Assembly (NCBI GenBank): GCA_963760795.1
Contig: CAVXEP010000002.1
Span: forward strand, 1-64,000
Direction of reading: 5' to 3'
Length of the DNA stretch: 64,000 nucleotides
Source of the DNA: an uncultured delta proteobacterium
Lineage (GTDB): Bacteria; Desulfobacterota; Binatia; UBA9968
Positions 8,872 through 19,320 of the stretch are shown here, one piece after another. Numbering within the stretch: position 1 is the stretch's first letter; each line of letters begins with the position of its first letter. A program made the translations under genes and the position numbers. Under the pieces are notes generated by a model. That model was not told the origin of the DNA. It made no database searches and saw only the letters and a list, made by a program, of their open reading frames with translations.

Positions 8872-9702
8872 TCATCTGTCTCCTGCCTCCTCAGCCGATG
8901 GAGCGGCGGCCGATGGCCCTTCACGCACGGCGTAGGTTAGCACGGGCTCGGCGATCCCTTTTACGAATTCGGCGGGCATGGGCATGAGCACGAAGCGCGC
9001 GTCGAGCTCGGCGCGTAGCGCCTCGGTCACGAGGATGTCCGCCTGATGGATGCGCGTGAGCGTCTGCACGCGCGCGGCCACGTTCACGGTGCGTCCGACG
9101 AAGTCATACTCCATCCGCTCGCGCGAGCCCACCAGGCCGACAAGCCCCAAACCGCGGTCGATGCCGATTCCCAGAGCAAGCAACGGCAGCCCCTCCCGCC
9201 CGAGCTCGACATTGTATTCGCGGATGGCCGCGCGCATCGCGAGGGCCGCGCGCACGGCATCGTTGCACTGCCACGGATTCGGTTGCAGCGCGCCGAAATA
9301 GGCGACGATGCCGTCGCCCAGGAAGTGGGCGACATGGCCGCGGTGCTCGTGGATGGCATCGCTCATGCGCTGGAAGTAGCCGTTGAGCACACGCGCCAGG
9401 ACGGCCGGCTCGAGCCGGTCGCTCATCGCGGTGGAACCGACGAGATCGGCGAACAGAACGGTCACCACTTTGCGCTCGGGAGCCGCCGCCTCGATCGCCG
9501 ACTGCACGCCGTCGGCGATGAGGTGCTGCAGCACACCGGCTGGAACAAGCGCGAGCAGGATTGCTGGAGATGCTGGAGGTCGGTGGCGATCGCTTCGAGC
9601 TGGGCCTTCAGCGTCTGGTTCTGCCGCCATTGGCGATAGATTGCGGCGGCGAGTCCCGCCAGGAGCACCAGCAGAGCAACTACGACGACAGGGTCCGGTC
9701 AT
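8872..9702 (-). CDS. Class III adenylate/guanylate cyclase with N-terminal TM helix and coiled coil (indels in the 5' part)
   Basis: VTVLFADLVGST, HFLGDG, GIGI.RG, EYDFVGRTVNVAARVQ, VKG. The alternative frame 9462..9668 supplies LLAGLAAAIYRQWRQNQTLKAQLEAI. Confidence 0.9.
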   Translation of the reverse strand: MTGPCRRSCSAGAPGGTRRRNLSPMAAEPDAEGPARSDRHRPPASPAILLALVPAGVLQHLIADGVQSAIEAAAPERKVVTVLFADLVGSTAMSDRLEPAVLARVLNGYFQRMSDAIHEHRGHVAHFLGDGIVAYFGALQPNPWQCNDAVRAALAMRAAIREYNVELGREGLPLLALGIGIDRGLGLVGLVGSRERMEYDFVGRTVNVAARVQTLTRIHQADILVTEALRAELDARFVLMPMPAEFVKGIAEPVLTYAVREGPSAAAPSAEEAGDR

Positions 9703-10794
9703 GTATTATGGTCCAGCACCGTCGCGCCCATCCGGCACAGCCCATTGGCCAGCGACGCCACACCGATGGCCTCGAGGAGCTGCGGGCCCGAGAGGCGGTC
9801 GCGCAGCATACGGGCGCGGCGCTGTAGCGGCGCGGGCTCGAACCAGATCGTTTCACGAGCGAACGGCACGAGCAGCCGCTCGATGTCGTCGAGCTCGGGC
9901 GCGTCGAGATGAGTCAGGACCTGGGCGAGCGTCGATTCCTTCAATCCCTCTCTCCGGAGAGTTTCACTCACCTCCGGCGCGCAGACCTCGCACCCGAGCC
10001 CGCGCGCGATGACGGCGATCATCAGAAGTTTACAGCGTCGCGTGAGATGGGGAGAGGCCCACATCTCAGCGAGCGTTCGCGCCAATATCGCGCCGATCGG
10101 AGAACCCGCGTAGGTTTCCACGAGCCGGCCGTAGGCATAGGGCGGCACGGGGTCGAGCACGGTGGGCTGCCCGCGATAACGATATCTTTTAACGATCAGA
10201 CCGAGCAAGGGCCGGAGCAGCCGTACGTAAAGGTGATCGGGCATGCTCTCGATCGGATACGCAGGGATCGCGGGGATCGTATGGGCGCGGTTGTGGAAAT
10301 CCGTCAATGCCGCCGTGAACGCGATTTCTTTCATCTCTTCGAGCCCCAAGCCCGAACGACGTAGAGTCTCACGGGCAGCCCGCGCTCCTGCGGGACCCGA
10401 GCGCGACTGGCTTCGCCCGAAGGCGACAGCCGCCATGGTCCGCGGCGGCAGATCGGCCCGCCTCAGGTCCTGTTCCATGCGCTGGATACGCGCCCAGGAC
10501 ATTCCCTGAGCCCACAGCAGTCCCCGGACAGCGGCATAGCAGAAACGGCATGAGTTCTCCTGGCTGACGACCAGCACGACAAGATCCGCTACGGTCCTGA
10601 TCGAGGTGCATGAGCAGCCCGTACTCGGGATGCATATCGATCACGGCTCGCGCCATCCAGGGGACCGGCGCGAAGTAGGCGATCATCGGGTGGGGAATCC
10701 CTTGCCTTCGCCGCGCGTAGGACTGTAACGCCGGGTCTGGAAAGGGCTCGACCAGGGGCGACTCCCATTCAACCTGTTGCAGGACACCGTTCAT
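9699..10794 (-). CDS. Tandem AhpD/CMD-like protein with two CxxC motifs, frameshift near 10590
   Basis: VVSQENSCRFCY and IARGLGCEVC; stop codon overlaps the cyclase ATG (ATGA). Confidence 0.75.
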
Positions 10795-10836
10795 GATCTG
10801 ACTCGAACGCGCTGGCTGAGTGATCGGAGGCCGCCG

Positions 10837-11901
10837 CTATTGACGTGACGGCAGCGGCTCGACCCCCGACATCTTTTTCAACATATCGATGACCTCGGGA
10901 TCGCGGGGCATCTCGTGGATAATCTTGGTCAACTCTTCCGGCATCAACGGCGACGCGTCGTCGGTGATGACTTTTTTGAACTCGGCGCGAAATTCCGGGT
11001 CCTTAAAGGCTTTGCGCATTCCTTCCTGCAATATCTCGACTCGATCTTTAGGTGTGCCCGGCGGCAGGACAAACGGCATGGACGCGGTCCTGAAACTGCG
11101 CCACATCGACAGGAGCTTTCGTTCCCTATCGGTTTTTGCGAAGGTCTCGATCTCCGGAAGTTGAGCAAGCCTCGGATGGGACGGCTTATCGTTTTTCGGC
11201 ACCGCCAAGATGGCATGAAAATCCATGATACCCTTGTCGATCCAGTCGCGATTGCGGGTCAGCACTGAAGTCACGTTGTTCGATCGCGAATCGATTTCTC
11301 CGCTGTTGAGCGCCACATCGGCTTCCAGCGCGGAATAGCCCGTGACGAATTTCGGCGCTTTCAAATCGAGAAAGTAGGCAAACAACCGCGCCGAGATATA
11401 AGCCGCCCCGCCCACCTCCTGGGCGCCGAGCTTGACCCCGCTCGCCGCTCGGAATTTTTCCAGACTGTTGAGGCCAAGCACGCTGCGTGTGTAGATCACA
11501 TTGTGGTTCTCGCTGATCGGGGTGCCGAGAACGATGAATTTGTCGATATCGTACATCACGCCGGTCTCGCGCATGACCTGCAAGCCGACGATCGAACTGC
11601 TGAGCGCTCCGATCGTGAGACCGTCGGGCTTGGCGTTTTGAAATACGTAATTGGCCGCCTTGCGGCCGCCGCCGCCTTCCATAATTTCTACAAAAATAGT
11701 CGGATTCCCCGGAATATATTTGCTTAGGTATTTTATAACGGTTTTAAGCCGCAAGCTGACCACGCCGCCCGGATCGTTGTTGATAATCTTCAGCGTCTTG
11801 CCTTGATAAAAAACCGCTTGGGAAAAAGCCGGAACCGGAGAAACTCCCGTCGACAAAACGAGAGCGGCAACTATCATTAGGAGCGGATATTTTTTTCTCA
11901 T
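10837..11901 (-). CDS. Bug/TctC-like tripartite tricarboxylate transporter substrate-binding protein
   Basis: Signal peptide; FYQGKT, YIPGNPTI, GGGGRKAANY, KPDGLT, PPGTPKDRV. Confidence 0.88.
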   Translation of the reverse strand: MRKKYPLLMIVAALVLSTGVSPVPAFSQAVFYQGKTLKIINNDPGGVVSLRLKTVIKYLSKYIPGNPTIFVEIMEGGGGRKAANYVFQNAKPDGLTIGALSSSIVGLQVMRETGVMYDIDKFIVLGTPISENHNVIYTRSVLGLNSLEKFRAASGVKLGAQEVGGAAYISARLFAYFLDLKAPKFVTGYSALEADVALNSGEIDSRSNNVTSVLTRNRDWIDKGIMDFHAILAVPKNDKPSHPRLAQLPEIETFAKTDRERKLLSMWRSFRTASMPFVLPPGTPKDRVEILQEGMRKAFKDPEFRAEFKKVITDDASPLMPEELTKIIHEMPRDPEVIDMLKKMSGVEPLPSRQ

Positions 11902-12072
11902 GAGCCTCTCCTCAACTCCAAGCCATATAGACGCGCACGTGGGAACGGGGTCAAGCGCTTATTTTTGACATCGCCCCGACGGGGAAGCAGTTTTTTATTC
12001 AGCTTCACAACTTCTTGCTCCGCGCCGTCGCGTAGAGCGCGCAGCTTGAACCGTGATATTTTTGCTACGTAT

Positions 12073-12285
12073 CTAACGCGCTTTCTCCAACTCGGCCAAA
12101 CGAGTCTTCGCCTGATTCGCGTAAGGCGAGTCGGGATATTCTTCTACGATCTGCCGATAAAGTTTCGTCGCGTGCGGCCTATTGTTCTGCTTTTCTTCCA
12201 ACTGCGCGGTATCGTATAAATCCTTCGCTTTATCGCCGCAGCCCACGAGCAGCAGGAGCAGGCAGACGGCCAGAAATCTTCGCAT
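12073..12285 (-). CDS. Small lipoprotein with a single TPR-like repeat
   Basis: Lipobox LLVGC; ATKLYRQIVEEYPDSPYANQA. Confidence 0.75.
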   Translation of the reverse strand: MRRFLAVCLLLLLVGCGDKAKDLYDTAQLEEKQNNRPHATKLYRQIVEEYPDSPYANQAKTRLAELEKAR

Positions 12286-12395
12286 GGGCATTCTCCTAAA
12301 TTTATTATTGGTCCCAGCTATCCTAATAGATCTGAACGGCGTGCTTGTTCAATCGTCAGCTCGCGCGACAGACAAGAGATCCTGGTTCTTTTGTT

Positions 12396-13443
12396 TCACC
12401 GAGACGGCAACGGATCGGCGCCGGACAGCTTTTTAAAAAGCTCGACCACGTCGCGGTCGCGCGGCAGTTCGCGGATCGCTTTGTCCTGCTCTTCCGGTAG
12501 TAACGGCGATGCGTCGAAGCCGGAAAGCTTCTTGAACTCACGATGAAAGTCCGGATCTCGAAGCGCTTTGCGAAAAGCCTCCTGGAGGATCTGCACCTGC
12601 GGCTTGGGCGTGCCCGGCGCGAGCACATAGGGTGTGCCGACGAGCCTGAAAGCTCGATACATCGTCAATAGTTTGCGCTCCGCCTCGGACTTGGCGAAAC
12701 TTTCAATTTCAGGCAAGCGCGCAAAGCCATCCGGCCGGTTTCCTCTGGGGATTTCGACAATCGCATGGAGATCCAACAAGCCCTTTTTCATCTCTTCGGC
12801 ATTGCGCTGGCCGAGGGTTTCAAGCGCATTCGCTCTGCCGTCCAACTCGCGGCGCTCGAGCGCAATATCGATTTCCGGGCCGCCGTAGCCGGTGACGAAT
12901 CGCGGGTCTTTGAGACCCAGCAAATACGCAAACAGCCGTCCGGTGATATAGATGTCATGCCCGACCTCCTGGGCGCCGATGCGCACGCCGCTTGCGGCGC
13001 GCAATTTTTCCAAGCTGCCGAGGCCGGCCTCTTTGCGCGTGAGAAATACGTAATGGAAGACGCTCACGGGCGAGCCCAAGTAAGTCAGCTTGTCGATGTC
13101 GTACTGCACGCCGACGGTATCGAGGATCGCATTGGTCACCAGGGAAGACGACAGTGCCGCCGATGGTTAATCCGTCCGGCTTGGCGACGCGATAAATGTG
13201 ATTCGCCGCCTTGCGTCCGCCGCCGCCCGGCATGTAATCGGAGACGATCGTTGGATTGCCGGGAATATATTTCTGCAGAAATGGGAACAAAGCCCGGCGG
13301 CGCAGATCGCCGGTGCCGCCGGCGTCAACGATCTGCACGACGGTTATGGTTTTGCCTTTGTAAAAATCCGCCTGGGCGTATGCATGCGCGACCGGCATGC
13401 AGACCGATAAAACCAAGGTAACTGCGAGAAAAAGCATTCTCAT
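12396..13443 (-). CDS. Bug/TctC-like substrate-binding protein, frameshift near 13140
   Basis: DFYKGKTI, YIPGNPTI, MPGGGGRKAAN, KPDGLT, APGTPK. Confidence 0.85.
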
Positions 13444-13574
13444 CAAGGCCTCCCCTGCTCTCTCCCTATTATCTACCGTATTCGTCCCATATTTAGCCCT
13501 CACAGAAATCTTCGAGACGACAGCGAACCGGCAGGCCGCGGCGCCGTCAAAGCGCGTCGCCACGAGGCTTGACA

Positions 13575-14924
13575 TCACGGCATGGCGGCGGCCGCGCGGG
13601 CGTAGCGCGTGCTGTAGGGCTTCGGCGAAAACTCCGGCTGATAGCTACACTGGCCCTCGAAAGTCGCGCGCAAGCGCTCGCACCCAGCCGCAAGCGCTTG
13701 CGGCGTCGGTTTGACGCCCTTCTCGATCCACTGCATAAGCGCATCGAGCGCGGCGCCGAGCTCGGGCGCGCTTTGCCCGGTGTGCACATTCTCGTTCGTA
13801 TAGGCCTGCACCAGACGATCAGCGTGGCCGGCGGCATGGACCGTGTCACGATACGCGGACTGCACCTCAACTACGACTTGCGGGTCGTTGATCGAATGGA
13901 TCGACAGAACTGGAATGGCCGGCGTGCCGTTCGGCGCACCGTCAACCTTCAGTGCGGCGAGCGCCTCCGGATCGGCAGCGAAGCGCACGACGTCCCGGTT
14001 CAATTCGTCGTCGTTGCTCGAGCCGCTGTAGCGCACGCCGACATTGGAAAACGCACTCCGTCCGTTCGTCGTGCGTTCGCCGATCTCGCGGAGCAGGAGC
14101 GTCGCCGCCTGCATGTGGCGAACCAGGAAATTCTCTGGAAAGCGCATGACCCCGAGGATATTGGCAAGATTCTGCTTCTGCAGTTCGGTCCTCGCCGCGG
14201 CCTGCTTGGAAATGCCGGTGCATTCGTCGATGACCGCTTCAAGGTCCTTGAGCGTGATCTTCATCCCCGCCGGTATTCCGCTCATGAGTGGATACTGCGG
14301 CTCGTCCGGACGGGGCAGATTTTTGCAATAGTACTGGTAGACCACCCGCAGGTCGGCGCGGAACTCGTAGCCCAGCGGTGCGCCGGCAACGAAGCCGCTG
14401 TTGAAGAACGCGCCATCGTAGTTCGTGCTACCGTCCGCGCCTTTGGCGTAGATTTCAACGAGCTTGCTGCCCACGAGCCCGCCCCAGGACGCGCCGTGAA
14501 AGATCGTGCGCCGTGGTTGCGCGATCCGGTCGACGAAGAACTGGCGAGCATGTTCGGAATCCTCCGCAGCCGCGCGCACGCCGTAGCCTTCGCGCCGGAA
14601 GGTCGAGGCGACCCAAGCAAATCCCTGGCGGACAGCAATCGAATATTTGGCGAGATCCGGCTGGCTGGTCGCCGCAATCGGCGGCACGATATGCGGGCCG
14701 CCATGGGCGAAGACGATCAGATGCCCGTTCCAGTTTTTCGGCATCGCCGCCAGGAGATAGGCGCCGCTCGCATGCTTGGCGGAATAGCAGGTCGCGATGT
14801 CGGCAACGGGTGTGGGACATGCCGTCGTGTCCGGCAGCGCGGGCTTCGTAACCTCTTGGGCGTCGCCCGGCATGCATGTAAGAATCGTGAGCAGCCAAAT
14901 GGTTACCGACCCAAAGTGTCCCAT
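13575..14924 (-). CDS. Exported alpha/beta hydrolase-fold protein
   Basis: Signal peptide; WNGHLIVFAHGGP, GASWGG nucleophile elbow, IHSINDP, VHTG. Confidence 0.7.
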   Translation of the reverse strand: MGHFGSVTIWLLTILTCMPGDAQEVTKPALPDTTACPTPVADIATCYSAKHASGAYLLAAMPKNWNGHLIVFAHGGPHIVPPIAATSQPDLAKYSIAVRQGFAWVASTFRREGYGVRAAAEDSEHARQFFVDRIAQPRRTIFHGASWGGLVGSKLVEIYAKGADGSTNYDGAFFNSGFVAGAPLGYEFRADLRVVYQYYCKNLPRPDEPQYPLMSGIPAGMKITLKDLEAVIDECTGISKQAAARTELQKQNLANILGVMRFPENFLVRHMQAATLLLREIGERTTNGRSAFSNVGVRYSGSSNDDELNRDVVRFAADPEALAALKVDGAPNGTPAIPVLSIHSINDPQVVVEVQSAYRDTVHAAGHADRLVQAYTNENVHTGQSAPELGAALDALMQWIEKGVKPTPQALAAGCERLRATFEGQCSYQPEFSPKPYSTRYARAAAAMP

Positions 14925-15042
14925 GCGTTTGCCCTTTACAGTGGATGACTAGTAAATTTAGGTCGGTGACAGGGTGTCCGCCCTATAGGTTATGGCCATC
15001 GGCTTGTTGATCCCTTCTGCAGGCGAGAATTCCAGGCTGCAG

Positions 15043-15465
15043 CTACTTCAATACGTCGGCCTGCGCCGGCAAACGGCTCGCGCCTGTTCGCGCCTTCTTA
15101 TTCCCGGCTACGGCCGGCTGGCTAAGCTTGACGCCGGTGTCGACAAACTTGACCTCGTCCTGGGTGAAGCGCAATTTCTCGCCCTTGTGATCGGCGAAGA
15201 ACTGCGGATCAAGCACCTTGAAGTAGATCCCATGTTCGTACTCCCAATACTTGGGAATGCGCGTCTTGCCCACGTAGAGCGCCCAGCCCGACGACGTGTA
15301 CGGTAGCTTCGTCTTGAGCCGCACCTTCACTAAGTACGCCACAGGTTCGATGGACTTGCGCGCAGCAGCGCTCAAGTGGGCAATGGCGGCGCTATCGGTC
15401 TCGGTGGGCTGCGCGGCGGCCACCTCGACAGCGGTCACCTTCGGCGGAACTGGCGGATACATCAT
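15043..15465 (-). CDS. Hypothetical protein
   Basis: 140-aa ORF with GGAGG RBS, immediately downstream of a hydrolase. Confidence 0.6.
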   Translation of the reverse strand: MMYPPVPPKVTAVEVAAAQPTETDSAAIAHLSAAARKSIEPVAYLVKVRLKTKLPYTSSGWALYVGKTRIPKYWEYEHGIYFKVLDPQFFADHKGEKLRFTQDEVKFVDTGVKLSQPAVAGNKKARTGASRLPAQADVLK

Positions 15466-15482
15466 GGACCTCCAAAATCACA

Positions 15483-17113
15483 TCAATTAACCAATTGCAG
15501 ATCGCCGACATAGACGATCCCGGCGGGCCGCCGGTCAAAGACAAAAGCAATGGAGCGGAGATCACTGGGATCGACGCCGCATTCCACCAGGCGTTGGACG
15601 GGGAATCGCAGGGTTTGCATAATGATCTTCGCTCCGCCAATCGTAGGAGCAGGATAGAGCAGCCGGTGCAGAGAACTGGCCGGAATCGAGGCCGTCGCGA
15701 GCTGCTGGCGACTTCGAGGGTAAAGTCCTGATCGCGATTGGCTGGGTTGCTGGCCTCCGTGGACTGGCCAACCCGAAGCGAAAGCGTTTTGTAGCGCTCG
15801 GCCGGAAGCGTTGCCGGATCGACCCGCACAAGGAGGCGCGCACCCAGGGTCGACCAGGCCAGTCGAAGCGTGACCGTGGTCGTCGTGCCGGGCACCAGGT
15901 TAGTGAGCTGGCGCGCGGCGATGACACTGTCGGCAAACACGGCCCCCTGTACGGGCAGTGAGACCGCCGGCGCCAAGAGCCCCTCCTGGTGGTGCTGTAC
16001 GAAGATCCGCTCCGGACTCTGGTACTGCGAGACAAATTCCGTCCCGGCCGGCACCCAGGCGGTGGCGGCGCCGTTGTCCTCGAGCACTGCGAAATACTCG
16101 GAGCGATTCAGCAGCACGGCTTGCGTCAGGGCGCCGAAATGAACCTTGGCGATCTGCTCCTGGCTAGGGCGCGGCATGGCCGGCACCTCGGGCGCCCAGA
16201 TGCTGTTGAACTGATTGTGATTGGCATTGTACACCCATAGCAAAGCCTTCCATTTCCCGCTGGAAACGGTCGGGTTGGCGAGGTCAACCGCGTGCGCGCG
16301 GTTGTACGTATGGTGCCCGGGGAAGCTGGTGACATCACCGTCCCGGCTGCCGTGGATGACGTAGTAAGGATCGGGCACGACGGTGAGTCCGGTCAGCGGC
16401 TGGTATTGCCCGTCGGTCGGCGCGATGGCGCCGATAGCCTTGAGATTGAAACGATACGGGCCGAGAGCGGCCGCGCCGGTGCCATCGAGAGGAATTACCG
16501 GACTCATGCTATCGGGTTGAATGGCCGAGAGCCGGTTGAAGAACGAAGCGTGACCCACGGCCTCGCCGCCGCGCGAATGGCCGACGATCATGATCCGGTT
16601 TAGATCGATACGGGCCTGGAGGGGATGACCTGCCGTGTTATTCCAGATCCGGAACTGTTTGAGGTGTTCGAGATGAACAATAGCCCGGCCGTCGTTCTCG
16701 CCAAAGTTGCCGCCGTTGAGAAAGTTCACGTCAATCGTCGCGGCGATGATACCGTGCGAGGCTAATAACTGGCACAAGTAGAGATAGCCAGGAGTGGAGT
16801 TCTCGATGGGCGAATGATTCCCGTGGACGAACACGACCAACGGGAAAGGGCCACGTCCGCGGGGCACGCACACATGCCCGTTGAGAGGCACAGTCGTGTT
16901 GGTGAAGGGCCACGCCGCACCGCTACCAAGGTTGGCGAACGCCGAGATATTCAGTCGCCCGGTGACATAGGCAGGATCCGGGGACGAATAAATAGCGTAC
17001 TGGAACAAAGTGACCGGATAGGTAAGCCCAGACGAGGCGTAGATGACAGTGTCGAACGCTACTTCACCGGCGAGTGCAGGATTCCTCAGAGTGATCAATT
17101 CCGTTCCAGCCAT
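15483..17113 (-). CDS. Alpha/beta hydrolase with a C-terminal beta-rich domain, frameshift near 15690
   Basis: GPFPLVVFVHGNH, LASHG, GHSRGG, IAPTD, HGSRDGDV, ANHNQFN. Confidence 0.75.
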
Positions 17114-17213
17114 GTTCACTCCACCAGACTCGGATTCGGAGCCAAATCTTGCAATCACACATTATCATCGGAATGCGAGACGCGCCCCCATGCTAGAATT
17201 AGCGCCTCAAATC

Positions 17214-18608
17214 TCAAGCCTTGTGCAAAGGCGATCTGAGAATAGCCATCAGCATCCCAACGTTTTCCACCTTCTCTAGACCGCGAACCAAGCCAACACT
17301 GCGCTCGATGTTGTCCTGGCTTAACTGAGCGCGTGCACAGTCACGGTATTTCATTAGAAGCTCGTCGTCGGTCAGCGGCAGCGAGGCATCGCCCCGCGGT
17401 ATATCCACTCGCGCACTCAAGCTCCGCCCATCAGTCGTCTTGATCGTCACCGGATTACCGACGAACTCGGTGTCCGGACCGACGTCCGCTAGGCCCGGCC
17501 AGATGGGTACGTTGGGGAAGGAAAGCTGAACCTTCTTCCTAGCTTCGACAATGTTGTGATCGTTGAGCTTGTGATCCGTGAAAGTCTCGAGCGTCACCTG
17601 GTGATCCACTACGGCGGCGGCGATGCAGTGCGGCATGCTGAACTTGGCTTGATACGGCGTCGCCGGCTCGGAGAAGGCGAGCACACGCAATGCGCGCTCC
17701 GAGGTGCCGACGTCGACGGCGGCGATATCTTTATCGTTAAGGTGGTGTTCGCCCAACAACTGGAAAACGCCATCGAGCGCCCGGTGCGTGTGGTAGCAGC
17801 TCGGATACATTTTTAGACTGATGCCCGGAGACTCAATGTAGAAGGGCTTGCCCAGACCGTCCGCCATGCGCTCGGCATCATAGTGGCCTGGCCCCACCAG
17901 GGTGTCGTAAAAGCCGTTCTTCCCTTCGATGATATTGGGATTGGCCGTGATCCCCGCTTGCGCCATGAGTGCGGCGATCACGCCGTTGCGGCAAGCGTTG
18001 CCCGCCGCCATTGCCCCGGCCATGCTGCCGTGGTTGGCCGACAAGCCGCAAGCGGAATTTCCCGCGATGCCCAACGCCATTCGAGTTTTCGAGACATCTA
18101 ATTTTAGCAGCTTGGCGCAGGCCGCCGCCGCGCCGATGGAACCGTACCAGGTCTGGTGGTTCAGACGCGCCTGCATGAGCTTGAAGTCCGCATGCAGCGC
18201 CAACTTGCCCTCGACTTCCAGTCCCAGGATGTAGGCAGTGAGGAGATCCTGTCCCGAGGCGCTCAGCTGCTCGCCGAGGCTTAGGACGGCGGGCAGAACC
18301 AAGACACTGGGATGGCCAATCTTCACACCGCAGTCGTCGTAGTCCAGGGCATGGGCAATGGAGCCATTGGCCAGCGCCGCATCTGGAACCGCGGCTTTGA
18401 GACCAGCGCCAAATACCGATGCTTGCGGCGGCCCGCCGAGCTTGGTTACATAACCTGTGATGGTTTGACTGACCGGCTCGGCAACGCCGGCCAGTGCGGC
18501 TCCTACGCAGTCCAGCGCAGAGCGCTTGGCTTTATCCACGGCGTTGCGCGGTATGTCCGCGTAATCGGTGTCAACTAGGAACCGGGCAATTTTCTCAGTG
18601 GCACCCAT
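17214..18608 (-). CDS. MmgE/PrpD family protein
   Basis: AALANGSIAHALDYDD...GHPS, KMYPSCYHTH, AKFSMP. Confidence 0.92.
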   Translation of the reverse strand: MGATEKIARFLVDTDYADIPRNAVDKAKRSALDCVGAALAGVAEPVSQTITGYVTKLGGPPQASVFGAGLKAAVPDAALANGSIAHALDYDDCGVKIGHPSVLVLPAVLSLGEQLSASGQDLLTAYILGLEVEGKLALHADFKLMQARLNHQTWYGSIGAAAACAKLLKLDVSKTRMALGIAGNSACGLSANHGSMAGAMAAGNACRNGVIAALMAQAGITANPNIIEGKNGFYDTLVGPGHYDAERMADGLGKPFYIESPGISLKMYPSCYHTHRALDGVFQLLGEHHLNDKDIAAVDVGTSERALRVLAFSEPATPYQAKFSMPHCIAAAVVDHQVTLETFTDHKLNDHNIVEARKKVQLSFPNVPIWPGLADVGPDTEFVGNPVTIKTTDGRSLSARVDIPRGDASLPLTDDELLMKYRDCARAQLSQDNIERSVGLVRGLEKVENVGMLMAILRSPLHKA

Positions 18609-18669
18609 GATTCACCTCTTTGAGAAATGCAAAGGGAACAGCGTGGGTGACCTTGTATTGCATCTCGAT

Positions 18670-18939
18670 CTATCCCGCACGCCTAAGTTTCAACTCGTTA
18701 TCTAACTTGACAGCCGGCGCACCATACAGCGTTTCCGGGGCGATGTCGGCGCCGTTTGACCACGCGATTGTCGGGCCGTCGATAAAAAATTTTTTGAAGT
18801 AAACCTTGCTTTTCAAGGGTCTGAATATCGGTCCGGTGAGCCAGGGTTCAAAGTCGATCACCTTCTTCGTGCCGTCATTAAACTTCACTTCGATCAGGTA
18901 GTCCTTAACGTATTTAGCTTTTGTTACTGAAGGCAGCAT
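18670..18939 (-). CDS. DUF2442 family protein
   Basis: YLIEVKFNDG...GPIFRPL...TIAWSNGADIAPETLY. Confidence 0.85.
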   Translation of the reverse strand: MLPSVTKAKYVKDYLIEVKFNDGTKKVIDFEPWLTGPIFRPLKSKVYFKKFFIDGPTIAWSNGADIAPETLYGAPAVKLDNELKLRRAG

Positions 18940-18947
18940 CCGTGCTC

Positions 18948-19208
18948 CTATTTTAACGGCTCGATTCTCGTGAACGGTCGCTTCTGCCGCATGTGCTCCC
19001 AGTTCTTTTTGAGTTCTACTTTATGGCGGTGTGCCCACTTCTTGATCAGATCCTTGGCAGTTCGAGATTCAATCTCACCTTCGAGCAACTTCCCGTCGAA
19101 ATCGAACGTTGCGTTTTGTCCTTGGTATTCCGCATGGAAGTGCGGCGGGTTGTGATCCCGGTAGAACATGCGAATTATTATTCCAAAGAATACGCATATG
19201 GTCGGCAT
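18948..19208 (-). CDS. DUF4160 family protein
   Basis: MPTICVFFGIIIRMFYRDHNPPHFHAEY...LKKNW...IEPL. Confidence 0.88.
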   Translation of the reverse strand: MPTICVFFGIIIRMFYRDHNPPHFHAEYQGQNATFDFDGKLLEGEIESRTAKDLIKKWAHRHKVELKKNWEHMRQKRPFTRIEPLK

Positions 19209-19320
19209 ACAACGAAATAGCAAAGAATTGGGAGTTATTCAGGAAAAACCACCTTGGAAGTTAATAGCTATTGATATTAGGGGTTGAGAATCAGGTCAAT
19301 CTGAATTCCCGCCGACATAC

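Noticed and set aside
6178-9291. Cyclase repeats as a DGR template/variable repeat pair
   Set aside because: The differences are few and not adenine-specific on either strand, and there is no reverse transcriptase in the window.
8872-9702. Pycsar or CBASS system
   Set aside because: No adjacent cNMP-binding TIR or TM effector; the coupled partner is AhpD-like.
13569-14948. Long antisense ORFs (for example 13569..14948, 30247..31395, 35343..36668, 39125..40291)
   Set aside because: They are shadow frames of well-supported genes on the opposite strand in GC-rich DNA and carry no motifs.
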